Source: Bdellovibrionales bacterium (GTDB lineage Bacteria > Bdellovibrionota > Bdellovibrionia > Bdellovibrionales > UBA1609). From it: a stretch of 64,000 nt of DNA. A model generated the notes under the pieces. The model saw only the letters and a list, made by a program, of their open reading frames with translations, was not told the DNA's origin and ran no database searches. Shown in pieces: positions 53,549 through 64,000 of this stretch. Made by a program: the position numbers and the translations under genes. The DNA lies in assembly GCA_965261545.1 (NCBI GenBank), contig CBDHDF010000002.1, positions 608,001 through 672,000 of the forward strand. The letters are read 5' to 3'. Each line of letters opens with the position of its first letter. Positions within the stretch are counted from its first letter, which is position 1.

Positions 53549-54709
53549 ATGTCATTGATTAAAATACGCCGTCTGGACAAAAATATTCCCAAAGTGACCA
53601 AGGAATTATGCGACCATATGCTTAAGGAATTGGAATCCGCAAGGCGCCCCATGCTCCAAGCCACCAAGTGTTCCCTAGATAATGCCACTTATAGTTCCAC
53701 CAAGGGCTACTTAAGACCTGGAAACAAGGTTGTCACCACAGAACTTAATGTGTCTTCGGTTCAAAAGCTTGCCAGAACCATATTTATGTTAGAAACACTC
53801 TTAAACAATTTAAAGACGGGGGCTGTCAATACAAAGCGTGAGATTTACTATATCTCCAAGGGAGCCGTTAGATCCAACGTCCATTTTCAACCCATTGATT
53901 TTGAGACACAAGATGAGAGTGATGCCATCATTAACTACATTTGTGACTTGCTTGAAGTTTACCGCGAAGAAATGAATTGCTATGCCAATGATCGTGGAGG
54001 ACAAACCTACTCTAAAAACCTTATTGTCGTGGAAACCCTTGAAGATGACTCCAAGGCCACCATAGATCTTTCTCTCTTGGGAACCACTCCCTTTCAGCCA
54101 AAAAATAAACCCCAACAGTTCAAGCTGAGAGCTAAGGGAAAACTCGATTTTTGCTTAGTTGTTGAGTCTGAAGGTACAGCCAACACTCTTGTCACCAACG
54201 GCTTCACCAAAAGAAACAAATGCATTGTTGTTGGAGCCCAGGGGGTTCCTAGCAATGGTGTTCGTGGGTGGTGTAAAACGATTCAAGATCAGCTGCAAAT
54301 TCCCATTTATTTTTACGGAGATTTAGATGCCTACACTTTGCAAAATATTTATAGAACACTGAAGGCCGGTTCGGCAGCGAGTCTCATTAGAAATCGCGAT
54401 TTTTCGGCTCCCAAGGTGCGTTTTTTGGGAGTGTTACCCGAAGATGTCTCTAAATACGATCTTCACTGTTATGACGTCAACGACAAGAACCCCACAGAAA
54501 ATCGTTCTCTCAAAAAGGCCAGAGATGTTCTTAGCAACGATCCATTTTTTATGGATAAGAAGAATAAGAAGCTGACTGAAATATTAAAGTGGCTCCTTAA
54601 AAATAAGAAACGATGTGAGCAACAAGCTATTTTTGCCGTGGACCCCAAAGACCCCCTTTTTCCTGAAAAGATTATTTTAGAGAAAATCAATAAAAAAATC
54701 TACGCATAA
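53549..54709 (+). CDS. top6A: DNA topoisomerase VI subunit A
   Basis: TKREIYY catalytic Tyr, QDESD, TOPRIM VVE...GVP...GDLD, CEQQA; follows top6B. Confidence 0.92.
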   Translation: MSLIKIRRLDKNIPKVTKELCDHMLKELESARRPMLQATKCSLDNATYSSTKGYLRPGNKVVTTELNVSSVQKLARTIFMLETLLNNLKTGAVNTKREIYYISKGAVRSNVHFQPIDFETQDESDAIINYICDLLEVYREEMNCYANDRGGQTYSKNLIVVETLEDDSKATIDLSLLGTTPFQPKNKPQQFKLRAKGKLDFCLVVESEGTANTLVTNGFTKRNKCIVVGAQGVPSNGVRGWCKTIQDQLQIPIYFYGDLDAYTLQNIYRTLKAGSAASLIRNRDFSAPKVRFLGVLPEDVSKYDLHCYDVNDKNPTENRSLKKARDVLSNDPFFMDKKNKKLTEILKWLLKNKKRCEQQAIFAVDPKDPLFPEKIILEKINKKIYA

Positions 54710-54872
54710 TGTACTTGTATTACTTGGGCCATACACGAAACTAATGCGCTAAGTCGCCGATCTGCATTGACCTCTTTGACTCATCTTGGTAACTAATCGT
54801 CTAGCTGACCAGGCTGTTAGGTGTTACGTTAGGTGATTGCATAAGTGATTATAAGATGATTTAGGTGGTTGT

Positions 54873-56063
54873 ATGAAAAACTACTTTTTTACAAGTGAAT
54901 CTGTCTCAGAAGGTCACCCCGATAAAATGGCGGACCAAATTAGTGATGCTATTTTAGATGCTCTCCTCAAACAAGACCCTCAAAGTCGTGTGGCCTGTGA
55001 GACCATGATCTCTACAGACTTTATTGCCCTTGCCGGAGAAATTACAACACAAGCGAAGGTGGATTTTGCAGAAGTGGCCCGTCAAGTGGTTCGAGATATT
55101 GGCTACGATGACAAGGGCAAAGGCTTTGATCACAAATCTTGTGATATTTTTACAGCCATGGACCCCCAGAGTTCTGATATTGCCATGGGAGTCAATGATG
55201 ATAAGCACGAGCAGGGGGCCGGGGATCAGGGGATTATGTTTGGTTATGCGATCAGGGAGACCCCCGAACTTATGCCCCTCACTATTAGCTTGTCCCACCA
55301 ACTTGTTTATAATTTAATGAAAATTAGGAAGAATAAAGATCATGAGATGTCTTGTTTTCTTCTTCCCGATAGCAAAAGTCAGGTGACAGTGGAGTATTTG
55401 GAGGGCCAGGCCCATCGCATTGACACCATTGTTCTTTCCACCCAACACTCTGCGGATATCTCCATGAAATCTCTCAAAGCCTTTATCCTTGAGGAGTTAA
55501 TTCCTTTGACGATTCCAAGTCATTGGATTGACAACAAGACCAAGTTTTTTGTGAACCCAACAGGACGCTTTGTCATTGGAGGCCCCCATGGAGACTGTGG
55601 GCTTACGGGAAGAAAAATTATTGTGGACACCTACGGTGGGCATGGAGCCCACGGTGGAGGTGCTTTTTCTGGCAAGGACCCCTCCAAGGTGGATCGTTCG
55701 GCTTCCTATGTGGCTCGACATATTGCCAAGAATATTGTAGGTGCAGGGCTGGCAGATAAGTGTCTTGTGCAACTGTCCTACGCCATTGGAGTGGCTGCGC
55801 CTACAAGTCTTATGGTTAATGACTTTGGAACAGGAAAGGTCTCCAGCGAGGTGTTGACTCAGGCGGTTCATGAGGTTTGGGATCTTCGGCCGGCGGCCAT
55901 TGTGGAAAGTTTTGATCTTCTTCAGCCACACTATCGCAAGACGGCGGCCTATGGTCATTTTGGAAGGGAATCCGAAGAATTCACCTGGGAGAAGCTCGAC
56001 CGAGTGGATAAGCTCAATGATGTTGTGAAAACTCTTGGAACTTTGCGAGCCTGGGTCACTTGA
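54873..56063 (+). CDS. metK: S-adenosylmethionine synthetase
   Basis: [28 protein letters not shown]. Confidence 0.97.
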   Translation: MKNYFFTSESVSEGHPDKMADQISDAILDALLKQDPQSRVACETMISTDFIALAGEITTQAKVDFAEVARQVVRDIGYDDKGKGFDHKSCDIFTAMDPQSSDIAMGVNDDKHEQGAGDQGIMFGYAIRETPELMPLTISLSHQLVYNLMKIRKNKDHEMSCFLLPDSKSQVTVEYLEGQAHRIDTIVLSTQHSADISMKSLKAFILEELIPLTIPSHWIDNKTKFFVNPTGRFVIGGPHGDCGLTGRKIIVDTYGGHGAHGGGAFSGKDPSKVDRSASYVARHIAKNIVGAGLADKCLVQLSYAIGVAAPTSLMVNDFGTGKVSSEVLTQAVHEVWDLRPAAIVESFDLLQPHYRKTAAYGHFGRESEEFTWEKLDRVDKLNDVVKTLGTLRAWVT

Positions 56064-56073
56064 TGAGTATAAA

Positions 56074-57894
56074 ATGAGTATAAACCCCGAAAAGATTCGC
56101 AACTTTTCTATTATTGCTCACATCGATCACGGGAAATCCACTTTGGCCGATGGGCTGCTCAAGCTCACTGGAGCTCTCTCTGATCGCGAAAGCAAACAGC
56201 AATTCCTAGACAGCATGGACCTTGAAAGGGAAAGAGGAATCACCATCAAGGCCCAAACTGTACGACTTAACTACAAGGCTCCTGATGGGGAGACCTATCA
56301 GTTGAATCTTATTGATACTCCAGGGCATGTTGATTTTTCTTATGAAGTCTCTCGCTCTCTTGCGGCCTGTGAAGGGGCTATCCTTGTGGTGGATGCCGCC
56401 CAGGGGGTGGAGGCGCAAACCCTTGCCAATGTCTATTTGGCTCTAGACAACGATTTGGAAATTATCACCGTGCTTAACAAAATTGATCTTCCCGCGGCGG
56501 ATCCTGAAGGGGTCAAGAGTCAAATCGAAGAGGCTATTGGACTAGACACCGAGGAAGCGATTTACGCTAGCGCCAAAGAGCTAAAGGGCATTGAGGAAAT
56601 ACTTAAAGCAGTTGTGGAGAAAGTTCCTCCTCCCCGGGCAGATCGTAGTCAACCCCTTCGAGCCCTTATTTTTGATTCCTGGTTTGACAGTTATCAGGGG
56701 GTGGTTATTCTTTGCCGTATTGTGGATGGAGTGCTTCACAAAGGAGAACGCATTAAGTTTATGAACTCGGGTCAAGATTACGAGGTTTTAAAGTTGGGTG
56801 TTTTTTCTCCCTTTGCCGAACACTTAGAAAGTCTTGGGGCCGGAGAGGTTGGCTTTATCATTAGTGGAATTAAAGATATTCGAGATGTGACTGTGGGGGA
56901 CACGATCACCCATCTTAAGAGAGCTCACCAAAAGGAGTCCCAGAAGCCTCTTGCTGGATTTCAAAAGGTTTCTCCCATGGTGTTTTCGGGAATATTTCCC
57001 GTGTTTTCTACGGACTATGAACCCTTGAAAAAAGCCATGGAGAAGCTTTCTCTCAACGATTCAAGTCTTATTTACGAGCCTGAAAAATCCATGGCCTTGG
57101 GTTTTGGTTTGCGTTGTGGTTTTTTGGGTCTCCTTCACATGGAGATTATTCAAGAAAGGCTGGAAAGGGAATTTAACTTGGATCTTATCACCACAGCGCC
57201 CACTGTGGTCTACAAGGTATTTACCACGGACGGCCGCATGGAGGAGCTTGAAAATCCGGCCGATCTACCGGAGGCTGCAAAAATTGATTGTATCCAAGAG
57301 CCTTATGTGAAGGTCACTCTCCACACACCTTCTGAGTACATTGGAAGCATTCTCAAGCTGTGCGAGGATCGGCGTGGGACGCAAATAAAGATGGAATATA
57401 TTTCTGACTCAAAGGTAATTATTGAGTATAAAATTCCCCTCAATGAAGTTGTCATGGATTTTTATGATCGCTTGAAGTCCATTTCAAGGGGCTATGCTTC
57501 CATGGAGTATGAGAAGATGGACTTTGAAGAGGGAAATTTATGTAAAATGGATGTTCTTCTCAATGGAGACCCCGTGGATGCTCTTTCGGTGATTATTCAT
57601 AAATCCAAGGCGCACTTTCGTGGCCGACAACTCATAAAAAAGCTCAAAGAACTCATACCCCGGCAGCAGTATCAGGTGGCGATTCAAGCGGCCATTGGAG
57701 CAAAAATTGTGGCTCGTGAAACCTTGGGGGCTCTTCGCAAAGATGTGACAGCCAAGTGCTATGGTGGAGATATCACTCGAAAGAGGAAGCTTCTTGAAAA
57801 GCAAAAAGAAGGCAAGAAACGCATGAAGCAAATTGGTCAGGTGGATGTTCCCCAAGAGGCTTTTCTGGCCATTTTAAAAGTGACCGATTCTTAG
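56074..57894 (+). CDS. lepA: Elongation factor 4
   Basis: [43 protein letters not shown]. Confidence 0.97.
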   Translation: MSINPEKIRNFSIIAHIDHGKSTLADGLLKLTGALSDRESKQQFLDSMDLERERGITIKAQTVRLNYKAPDGETYQLNLIDTPGHVDFSYEVSRSLAACEGAILVVDAAQGVEAQTLANVYLALDNDLEIITVLNKIDLPAADPEGVKSQIEEAIGLDTEEAIYASAKELKGIEEILKAVVEKVPPPRADRSQPLRALIFDSWFDSYQGVVILCRIVDGVLHKGERIKFMNSGQDYEVLKLGVFSPFAEHLESLGAGEVGFIISGIKDIRDVTVGDTITHLKRAHQKESQKPLAGFQKVSPMVFSGIFPVFSTDYEPLKKAMEKLSLNDSSLIYEPEKSMALGFGLRCGFLGLLHMEIIQERLEREFNLDLITTAPTVVYKVFTTDGRMEELENPADLPEAAKIDCIQEPYVKVTLHTPSEYIGSILKLCEDRRGTQIKMEYISDSKVIIEYKIPLNEVVMDFYDRLKSISRGYASMEYEKMDFEEGNLCKMDVLLNGDPVDALSVIIHKSKAHFRGRQLIKKLKELIPRQQYQVAIQAAIGAKIVARETLGALRKDVTAKCYGGDITRKRKLLEKQKEGKKRMKQIGQVDVPQEAFLAILKVTDS

Positions 57895-57916
57895 TGGGTG
57901 GCTTGGTGGTGGTTGG

Positions 57917-60151
57917 TTACCTTTGACTGGCGAGCAGGGCTTCTTGGGCGCTTTCTATGAATTTGCGAAGGTTTTTTTGGGAGGGGTCCTTGGTGCTGGC
58001 GAGGACGCTAATCACAGAGCAGGTGGAGTGCTCCATAATTTTGTCATCTGTGGATCCAAAGAGGCGCTGGTAGAAACTTGTTGTGTTTTGGGACTCAAGG
58101 ATGAGCATATCAAACTCGTCACTAACTTGGCAGAAGGCTTCCCATTTTTTGTCCCCTGAAATGATAAGTGTATCCACGCTGTGGCTACAGATTTCGGACA
58201 TTTTTATAAGAAGTTGCTTTTTCCATGAAGAGACTTCTTTCTTGGAACCTGGGGCTATATAGGTGGCGAGTGTGATTTCTGCTTTGTTGACGCTTGCTAG
58301 GTGGTCAGCTGTTTGGAGGAGAAGCTCATTGGACTGGTCTGTTTCAACGATCACAAGAATATTTTTGAAGTAGTGAACTCCTTTATCTCGAAAGGTCATG
58401 AGGTTGCATGAGAGGTGGTTTTTGAGCCATCTCATGGGGTCAATGAGTGTGAAGGTTTCTCGGGATCTCCCTCCCCACTCCGTCACGAGCCATTGGCTAT
58501 GCATCCTTTGGGAGATATCATGAATCGTTTTGTAGATGTCGTGGGAGACGATGGCATTGAAATCGAGGTCTGCCTTTTTTCTTTGAGCCATATGTTTGAT
58601 CCGGCGTCGTATAGATCGTACTTGAGAACTTTCATAATCGAGGCGATTGAGTTCCGTTTGTTCGGGAACTTCCGTGACATGGACAACCTCAAGTTTTTTT
58701 TCATTGGCGAGAGCAACACCCATTTGTGTGAGAACTTCAGGAGATCTTTCATTGCCAAACATGGCGACAATGACGGAGGCTTTATTGAAGTCGATATCCT
58801 CTATATTTTCTATGCTCCTTTTGTGCATATCTTCCTTAATGAGGTCTTTCCTAGGGCCACGAATGCCAAGCACTCCTTTTCGGTCTGTACGTGTTCGACT
58901 AAAGAAAAGATAAATCAGCAGGCCAGGGACACTGATGGTAAGAAGTGCCAAGGGAACAATGGAACCCATGGCAATCAGGAGAGCGATGCATGCTATCATA
59001 CCAAAGAGCTGAGTGAAGGGGTAAAGGGGAGAGTGGTAGGCGGGTTGGTACCATTGTACATGGGTCTCTCGCAGCACAATGACTGCAAAATTGACAAACA
59101 TAAACATTGTAATCATAAAGGCACTGGCAAGCTTGGCAATTTTGATCATATCGAGGTTGAGAATCGCCAAGGCCACGAGGAAACCTGACAGAAGAATACT
59201 CCAAAAGGGAGTTAAGAATTTTGGGTGAATTTTCCCTAAAAAAGGGGGTAAAAGGTTGTCGCGGCTCATAGCAAAGGGAAATCTGGAGCCCGCCAAAAGA
59301 GCTGCATTGGCCACGGAAAACATGGTGAGGATAGCGATGACAGCAATGATAGTTCCCACATGCTTGCCTCCGATATGCTCGGCAAGGGTATAAACAGGAC
59401 GAAGGTTGCCTGATAACATATCCATTGGCAGAACTCCTGCAATAATAAAGGTGACGCTACAGTAAATAGTGGTTGCGAAGATAAGGGAGAAGAGAATTCC
59501 TCGAGGAAGATTGCGTCCTGGATTTTTTATTTCTTCTGCAATGGCGGCAATTTTTGTGACACCCGCAAAGGAAACAAAAACGAGAGCGGTGGAGGCCATG
59601 AGTCCTGAAACTCCATTCGTTAAGAGAGGTTCAAAGTTGATTCTCTGAACTTGTGGGAAACTATACACTGTAAGGACTGATAGGGTTAAAATTGTGATGG
59701 CAGTGACAATGCCTAGGAGCCATCCCACTTTGCCCACTCCGAGAAGGTTGATGGCAACAATAATGGCCAAGAGGGTGAGGGCGGCGAGTTCTAAAGGTAT
59801 ATTGGCGAGAATTTCAAGGTAGGCTCCAAAGCCCACGAGGGCAAAGGAAGCCTTGAGAATTATAGAAAGAAAGAGGCCAAGTCCTGCAATGGTTCCAGCC
59901 AAAGGTCCAAATGTTCTTTCCATGTAGACATAAGTTCCCCCTGAGGTAGGCATGGCTGTGGAGAGTTCCGATTTACTCATTGCTGCGGGTAAAATACAAA
60001 GGGCGGCGAGAAAAAAGGCCAAAAATAGGGAGGGGCCGGTGATGGTAAATCCCACACCTGGCAAGACAAAAATCCCACTGCCTAGCATTGAGCCAATACT
60101 GATGGAGACAACAGCTCCTAAGCCCAATCGTCGTTCAAACTTCTTAATCAA
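57917..60151 (-). CDS. APC-family amino acid permease with C-terminal universal-stress-like domains
   Basis: GSMLGSGIF, ELSTAMPTSGG, AEEIKNP, ~12 TM segments; FGS..DKIM.HSTCSV USP-like end. Confidence 0.85.
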   Translation of the reverse strand: MIKKFERRLGLGAVVSISIGSMLGSGIFVLPGVGFTITGPSLFLAFFLAALCILPAAMSKSELSTAMPTSGGTYVYMERTFGPLAGTIAGLGLFLSIILKASFALVGFGAYLEILANIPLELAALTLLAIIVAINLLGVGKVGWLLGIVTAITILTLSVLTVYSFPQVQRINFEPLLTNGVSGLMASTALVFVSFAGVTKIAAIAEEIKNPGRNLPRGILFSLIFATTIYCSVTFIIAGVLPMDMLSGNLRPVYTLAEHIGGKHVGTIIAVIAILTMFSVANAALLAGSRFPFAMSRDNLLPPFLGKIHPKFLTPFWSILLSGFLVALAILNLDMIKIAKLASAFMITMFMFVNFAVIVLRETHVQWYQPAYHSPLYPFTQLFGMIACIALLIAMGSIVPLALLTISVPGLLIYLFFSRTRTDRKGVLGIRGPRKDLIKEDMHKRSIENIEDIDFNKASVIVAMFGNERSPEVLTQMGVALANEKKLEVVHVTEVPEQTELNRLDYESSQVRSIRRRIKHMAQRKKADLDFNAIVSHDIYKTIHDISQRMHSQWLVTEWGGRSRETFTLIDPMRWLKNHLSCNLMTFRDKGVHYFKNILVIVETDQSNELLLQTADHLASVNKAEITLATYIAPGSKKEVSSWKKQLLIKMSEICSHSVDTLIISGDKKWEAFCQVSDEFDMLILESQNTTSFYQRLFGSTDDKIMEHSTCSVISVLASTKDPSQKNLRKFIESAQEALLASQR

Positions 60152-60328
60152 TAATGCCTACCCCTTCCTTCATGTCTACGTCTTCCTTTGGTGGAGCCCT
60201 TTTTATTTTATCAAATTTTATTAAAGGGGAGTTCTTTTTTACATAGTAGTCCCTCTATTGATCCTGGATTGATTGCGCAGGGTGGCAATTTATGTCACTG
60301 AAGATATGTCAGGTTGTGTCAGTGAAGT

Positions 60329-62017
60329 GTGTCAGGTATAACACATAACATGGCAATAAAAATGATAATAAGAATAAATAAAACCACTTTCTTTCTTATC
60401 AGCTTTATCAGCATGATGATTATGAGTGGCCCTGTTGTTCAAGGGAATCCAGAAATAAACCTAGAAAATACCTCAGAGGCTCCTCAAGGAACTATAGGGG
60501 ATCTTAGTATTTCCTGTGAGGATTTAGACCATTGCCCCGACTATGTGGGAGGTCTTTTTACGGTGACTCAAGAAGACACCGCGAACTCTTTCATACCTCA
60601 ATGGGGAATTGGTCTTTGCTCACAAACTCTCATAGCTCCCGACAAGATTTTGACAAACCGACACTGCTTACCTGAACAGAGCCTCGAACCCAACCTCCCC
60701 TGCAGCAATATCACGGTGATTTTTCCAAAAACAAAGAGCAAAGAGGCTGAGATCGTGGGATGCCAATCTGTGATTGCACTGAGTGAAGAAATTTTTGATG
60801 AGGTTGATGGAAAAAGCACTTTAGAAGAAGATTGGGCTATTCTTCAATTGGATCGTCCCGTCCGTCGAACACCTATTGAAATAAGTTTGCAAGGAGTACC
60901 TCACCAGGCGAACTTAACAGCTTTTCCCGTGTATTACGAAAAGTCCAAGGTGAGATATTTTTCTGACACTATAAAACCTGTGGTCAAAGGTCAAATTAAG
61001 AAGGTTTCATGTCTTGCACACATGAATAGTGCTCTCATTCCAACTTATAATTACCCCCACAATTCGATTTTATCTCTTGTTTGCAATAGAAAAGTCATAG
61101 GTGGAAACTCCGGTTCAGGACTCATTTCAGATGGAGGAAAGCTTTCTGGTGTTCTTAGCGTTGTATTGAAGAACTTCGAAGGTCAAACATTTGCCTTCAT
61201 GGGGTCTACAGATTATCAGTTCTTGGGGGGTTACACTGTAGGTGCCACCAACACCCAATGCATAGATAAAGCTTACAAAATTGGCAAGGCCAATAGAGCA
61301 TACAGTCGTGAATGGACTCCCTTTTGTGTTCGCAATAAAAATGAATCAGAATATGCAAATTGGATGCTCACTGTATTTTATGGATCCACTCTTTTCAAAG
61401 ATTCTCTGCAAGAAATATCGAAGGATCTTTTAAGGGATCCTACTATTCAATGGGAAGATCATAACAAACATTTTTTCCAAAACTTGTCTCGTCCTCGTTC
61501 AGCAGGCCGATTGTCGGAGCTAGTGACTTCCCCTGTTTTTGAGTACTTTTATACCACCTTAGGAGCCTTGTTGTACCCCAAAACACCACAATGTATTAAA
61601 TCCTCAAGAAGGGGAGAGACCTTTTCTCTTATGCTGCCCCAAATGGTGCTCTCCTACGGAGAAATGAATCTCAATGAATATACCTTGTTTACTTTACCAC
61701 TTAAGCTTAAATTTTTAAAGTTTGGAATGACATACGATGCTTCTCTCGACTCTTTTCGCGGAACCCCATTGCGTCTCGGCGACACCCATCTCAAAGAAAA
61801 ATTCTTAGATATTTCTAAAAAAATATCAAAGGGGCTACTCCAATGTATGTTTGCAAAACAAGAATGCCATGAATTTGACAAGCGACTCAATGAAAGAGAG
61901 AAACTACTAGAAGGCACCGATTCGACTCAAAAGGTTTTATTGGAGAATGAACTTTTCATTCAAAGTAATCAATTTGGCGCCATTGATATCTATGTCCCTG
62001 TTTGTATAGATAAATGA
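60329..62017 (+). CDS. Secreted trypsin-like serine protease (start uncertain)
   Basis: Signal peptide; LTNRHC, DWAILQLD, GGNSGSG triad motifs. Confidence 0.75.
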   Translation: MSGITHNMAIKMIIRINKTTFFLISFISMMIMSGPVVQGNPEINLENTSEAPQGTIGDLSISCEDLDHCPDYVGGLFTVTQEDTANSFIPQWGIGLCSQTLIAPDKILTNRHCLPEQSLEPNLPCSNITVIFPKTKSKEAEIVGCQSVIALSEEIFDEVDGKSTLEEDWAILQLDRPVRRTPIEISLQGVPHQANLTAFPVYYEKSKVRYFSDTIKPVVKGQIKKVSCLAHMNSALIPTYNYPHNSILSLVCNRKVIGGNSGSGLISDGGKLSGVLSVVLKNFEGQTFAFMGSTDYQFLGGYTVGATNTQCIDKAYKIGKANRAYSREWTPFCVRNKNESEYANWMLTVFYGSTLFKDSLQEISKDLLRDPTIQWEDHNKHFFQNLSRPRSAGRLSELVTSPVFEYFYTTLGALLYPKTPQCIKSSRRGETFSLMLPQMVLSYGEMNLNEYTLFTLPLKLKFLKFGMTYDASLDSFRGTPLRLGDTHLKEKFLDISKKISKGLLQCMFAKQECHEFDKRLNEREKLLEGTDSTQKVLLENELFIQSNQFGAIDIYVPVCIDK

Positions 62018-62020
62018 GTT

Positions 62021-62389
62021 TCAGTCTATATTTTTATGCACACAATCTGGGGACTTCCATTGGGCAGCCGTCCTTTTCTTCTCTTCCTCTTTCCATTCTT
62101 GAGGAGTTAATAGTTTTTGTGCCAAAGCATGGATAGGCCCTCCGCCTGCCAATTCATCTCTCAACAACTCATTGAGAGAGCGCTGCCTTTCCAAAGGGTT
62201 CTGATTTTCAAATTTGGAAGACACCACAAGCACCCTAAAATGGGATTGAGCCCCCTTAGGCACACGGTGGGTATGGCTTTCATCAACGACTTCTACGTAA
62301 ATGGGGTCAAATCTTTTTTGAACCTTTATTTCAATGATATCTCGAAGGCACATGTTGACCTTTTTAGCACCATTCAAGAGATACAGCAA
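62021..62389 (-). CDS. bolA: BolA-family protein
   Basis: DESHTH, SHFRVLVVSSKF, ERQR, IHALA. Confidence 0.9.
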   Translation of the reverse strand: MLYLLNGAKKVNMCLRDIIEIKVQKRFDPIYVEVVDESHTHRVPKGAQSHFRVLVVSSKFENQNPLERQRSLNELLRDELAGGGPIHALAQKLLTPQEWKEEEKKRTAAQWKSPDCVHKNID

Positions 62390-62478
62390 AACAGATGACT
62401 CATAGCATACTCTCCCTTGGATTTTTGTTGAGAGGAAGGTCGTGATAGAGATAGCATCGAATCATAGGGGGGTGTTGT

Positions 62479-63267
62479 ATGTCCACGGGGTTTCGTTTTC
62501 TACACTGGGTTGTTTGGGTGACCTTGGTTTCTTTTGTCATCTTTTATGGGATGAAGACTTGGATTTTTTCCCCCATAGTCTCCATAGGGAGTCAAAAGTC
62601 TCCAAAGTCAAGCATGTCCCGTGGGGACTTTCTAGGTGAAAAAAAACATGGGGATAGAAATAAAGAAGGGGAGTTTTCTATAAAAATATTGAGGAAGGAC
62701 GTCTCAATGACAGTTCCCTCTCCCAATAAGAAACTACCCTTGGGCATACCAAAGGCCTCTAGACTTTCCCCAGGTGTGGCCACCTCTTCTCCAACAGAAG
62801 AAGACAACGAAAGTTGGGTGACTCTTAAGAAAAAAATCATTTACGAAAGCCACCAAGTGGGAAAACTAAACCCCGACCCTAAGGAAACAAAGAAACGCTT
62901 GGCAGCATTGGCCGAAGGACTGACTGAAGAGGAAAAGAACTACTTAAGTCAACAAGCTATTGGAGAGAAAGCCAAAGCCAGCGCCAACGCCGATTTGAGG
63001 TTCTTAAGTGTCTATCTTCTCAATAAAAATGGCACTTCTTTCAAGCATTTAATGAATATCGCCCGGCACCCCATTGAAGTGCCTTTCAATCAACGGAGAC
63101 TTTTTGAACAAGAAGTTTTGTTAAGGGCTATGGCCCTTGAAGGGATAGTTCAATCATTGAGTCCTGATGAAGCTCAGAGAAGAATCCTCGAATTTATCTC
63201 TCAGCAAGATAACACGATGTTAATACACCAAGCCCGTCAGCTGCTCTTTCGTGTTCGAAAGATGTGA
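62479..63267 (+). CDS. Hypothetical membrane-anchored protein
   Basis: N-terminal TM segment; helical C-terminus. Confidence 0.6.
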   Translation: MSTGFRFLHWVVWVTLVSFVIFYGMKTWIFSPIVSIGSQKSPKSSMSRGDFLGEKKHGDRNKEGEFSIKILRKDVSMTVPSPNKKLPLGIPKASRLSPGVATSSPTEEDNESWVTLKKKIIYESHQVGKLNPDPKETKKRLAALAEGLTEEEKNYLSQQAIGEKAKASANADLRFLSVYLLNKNGTSFKHLMNIARHPIEVPFNQRRLFEQEVLLRAMALEGIVQSLSPDEAQRRILEFISQQDNTMLIHQARQLLFRVRKM

Positions 63268-63402
63268 AAATTCAGTAAATATAAAAATTTAGAAGAATAG
63301 ATATGAAGAATTAGGTCTAGCTTAGAGCGCCTTGGACACGTTTAAGGTGCGGAATTGAGGTTGAAACTTGTATTTCTCATTCAAGTGGGTAGAATGTAAA
63401 GA

Positions 63403-63867
63403 ATGGCAGTGACCCAAGAAGCAAGTGAGAAAAAGCAGAAAAACTCTTCCAAAGACAAAGGTATCTTGGTTTTACCTCCTGTTGCCACCAGTACTTATCA
63501 CTTTTGTAAAAAGTGTGATACAGATCGGTACCATAGGGTTCAAGCTCACTCTAGCCCCTCCAGTGCTAAGTTGGAATGTGAAGTTTGCAAAAGAAAAAGC
63601 ACTTTGAAGATAGCCAAGAAAAAACCGGTAAGGTCAACTCGACTTCGTGAAAAGAAAGAAAGCGACGCCCAAAATGCCCTTTGGACACGCCTTAAAACAG
63701 AAGTTAATGTCGAGTCTGTCAGCCCCTATAGCATGAAAGGCTCCTTTGTCCTCCAAGCGGCCATCAATCACCCTAAATTTGGTATTGGTTTTGTAACCTC
63801 TGTCCAAGATAAGAAAATTGAGGTTATTTTTGAAGAGAGTTCCCGACTTTTAATCCACAATAAGTGA
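63403..63867 (+). CDS. Hypothetical Zn-ribbon protein
   Basis: CKKC...CEVC and HPKFGIGFV...KIEVIF C-terminal domain. Confidence 0.7.
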   Translation: MAVTQEASEKKQKNSSKDKGILVLPPVATSTYHFCKKCDTDRYHRVQAHSSPSSAKLECEVCKRKSTLKIAKKKPVRSTRLREKKESDAQNALWTRLKTEVNVESVSPYSMKGSFVLQAAINHPKFGIGFVTSVQDKKIEVIFEESSRLLIHNK

Positions 63868-64000
63868 CTGCAGGTGACACTAAATAAATAAGGGTGCGAC
63901 CACGAGATGACGTATTGTGCTATGCACCAATGCCGTTTCCTTAAGCCACCACACCCCTCTGCCTCTGCGTTAAGCTATTTCTTTTAAAAGAACTCCCAGC

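Noticed and set aside
54710..54872. SAM riboswitch upstream of metK (and SAH riboswitch before ahcY)
   Set aside because: No consensus recognisable by eye; an Rfam scan would be needed.

Overview
Bacterial chromosomal window, most likely from a Bdellovibrionota-type organism. That assignment is an inference from the gene repertoire: bacterial Topo VI, a SWIB protein, S74 fibre proteins and a PilZ fusion. The first ~35 kb is an IS-riddled island of surface-protein genes. It holds an IS21 element, a tandem array of DUF285/BspA-repeat lipoproteins, IS3, IS4 and IS21 remnants, ends-only mini-elements, an IS21-ended passenger cassette, a Fic gene and a pepN fragment. Its most notable content is two paralogous three-gene operons (10860-18256, 24223-31169). 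Each of the six genes fuses a type IV prepilin-like leader and Cys-rich pilin-like domain to Gly/Asn-rich fibre repeats and a C-terminal peptidase-S74-type intramolecular chaperone with a coiled coil. The conserved A-B-C order and overlapping stop/start codons suggest a heterotrimeric, pilus-anchored, phage-tail-fibre-like adhesin (hypothesis). The remaining ~29 kb is mostly core genome: SWIB protein, map, ahcY, rpsD, serS, uvrBC, top6BA, metK, lepA, an APC transporter and bolA. It also carries an inserted anti-phage dCTP-deaminase-like locus and a PilZ-acyltransferase fusion. No rRNA, tRNA or CRISPR array was recognised. All family assignments come from motif recognition by eye; no database searches were run.
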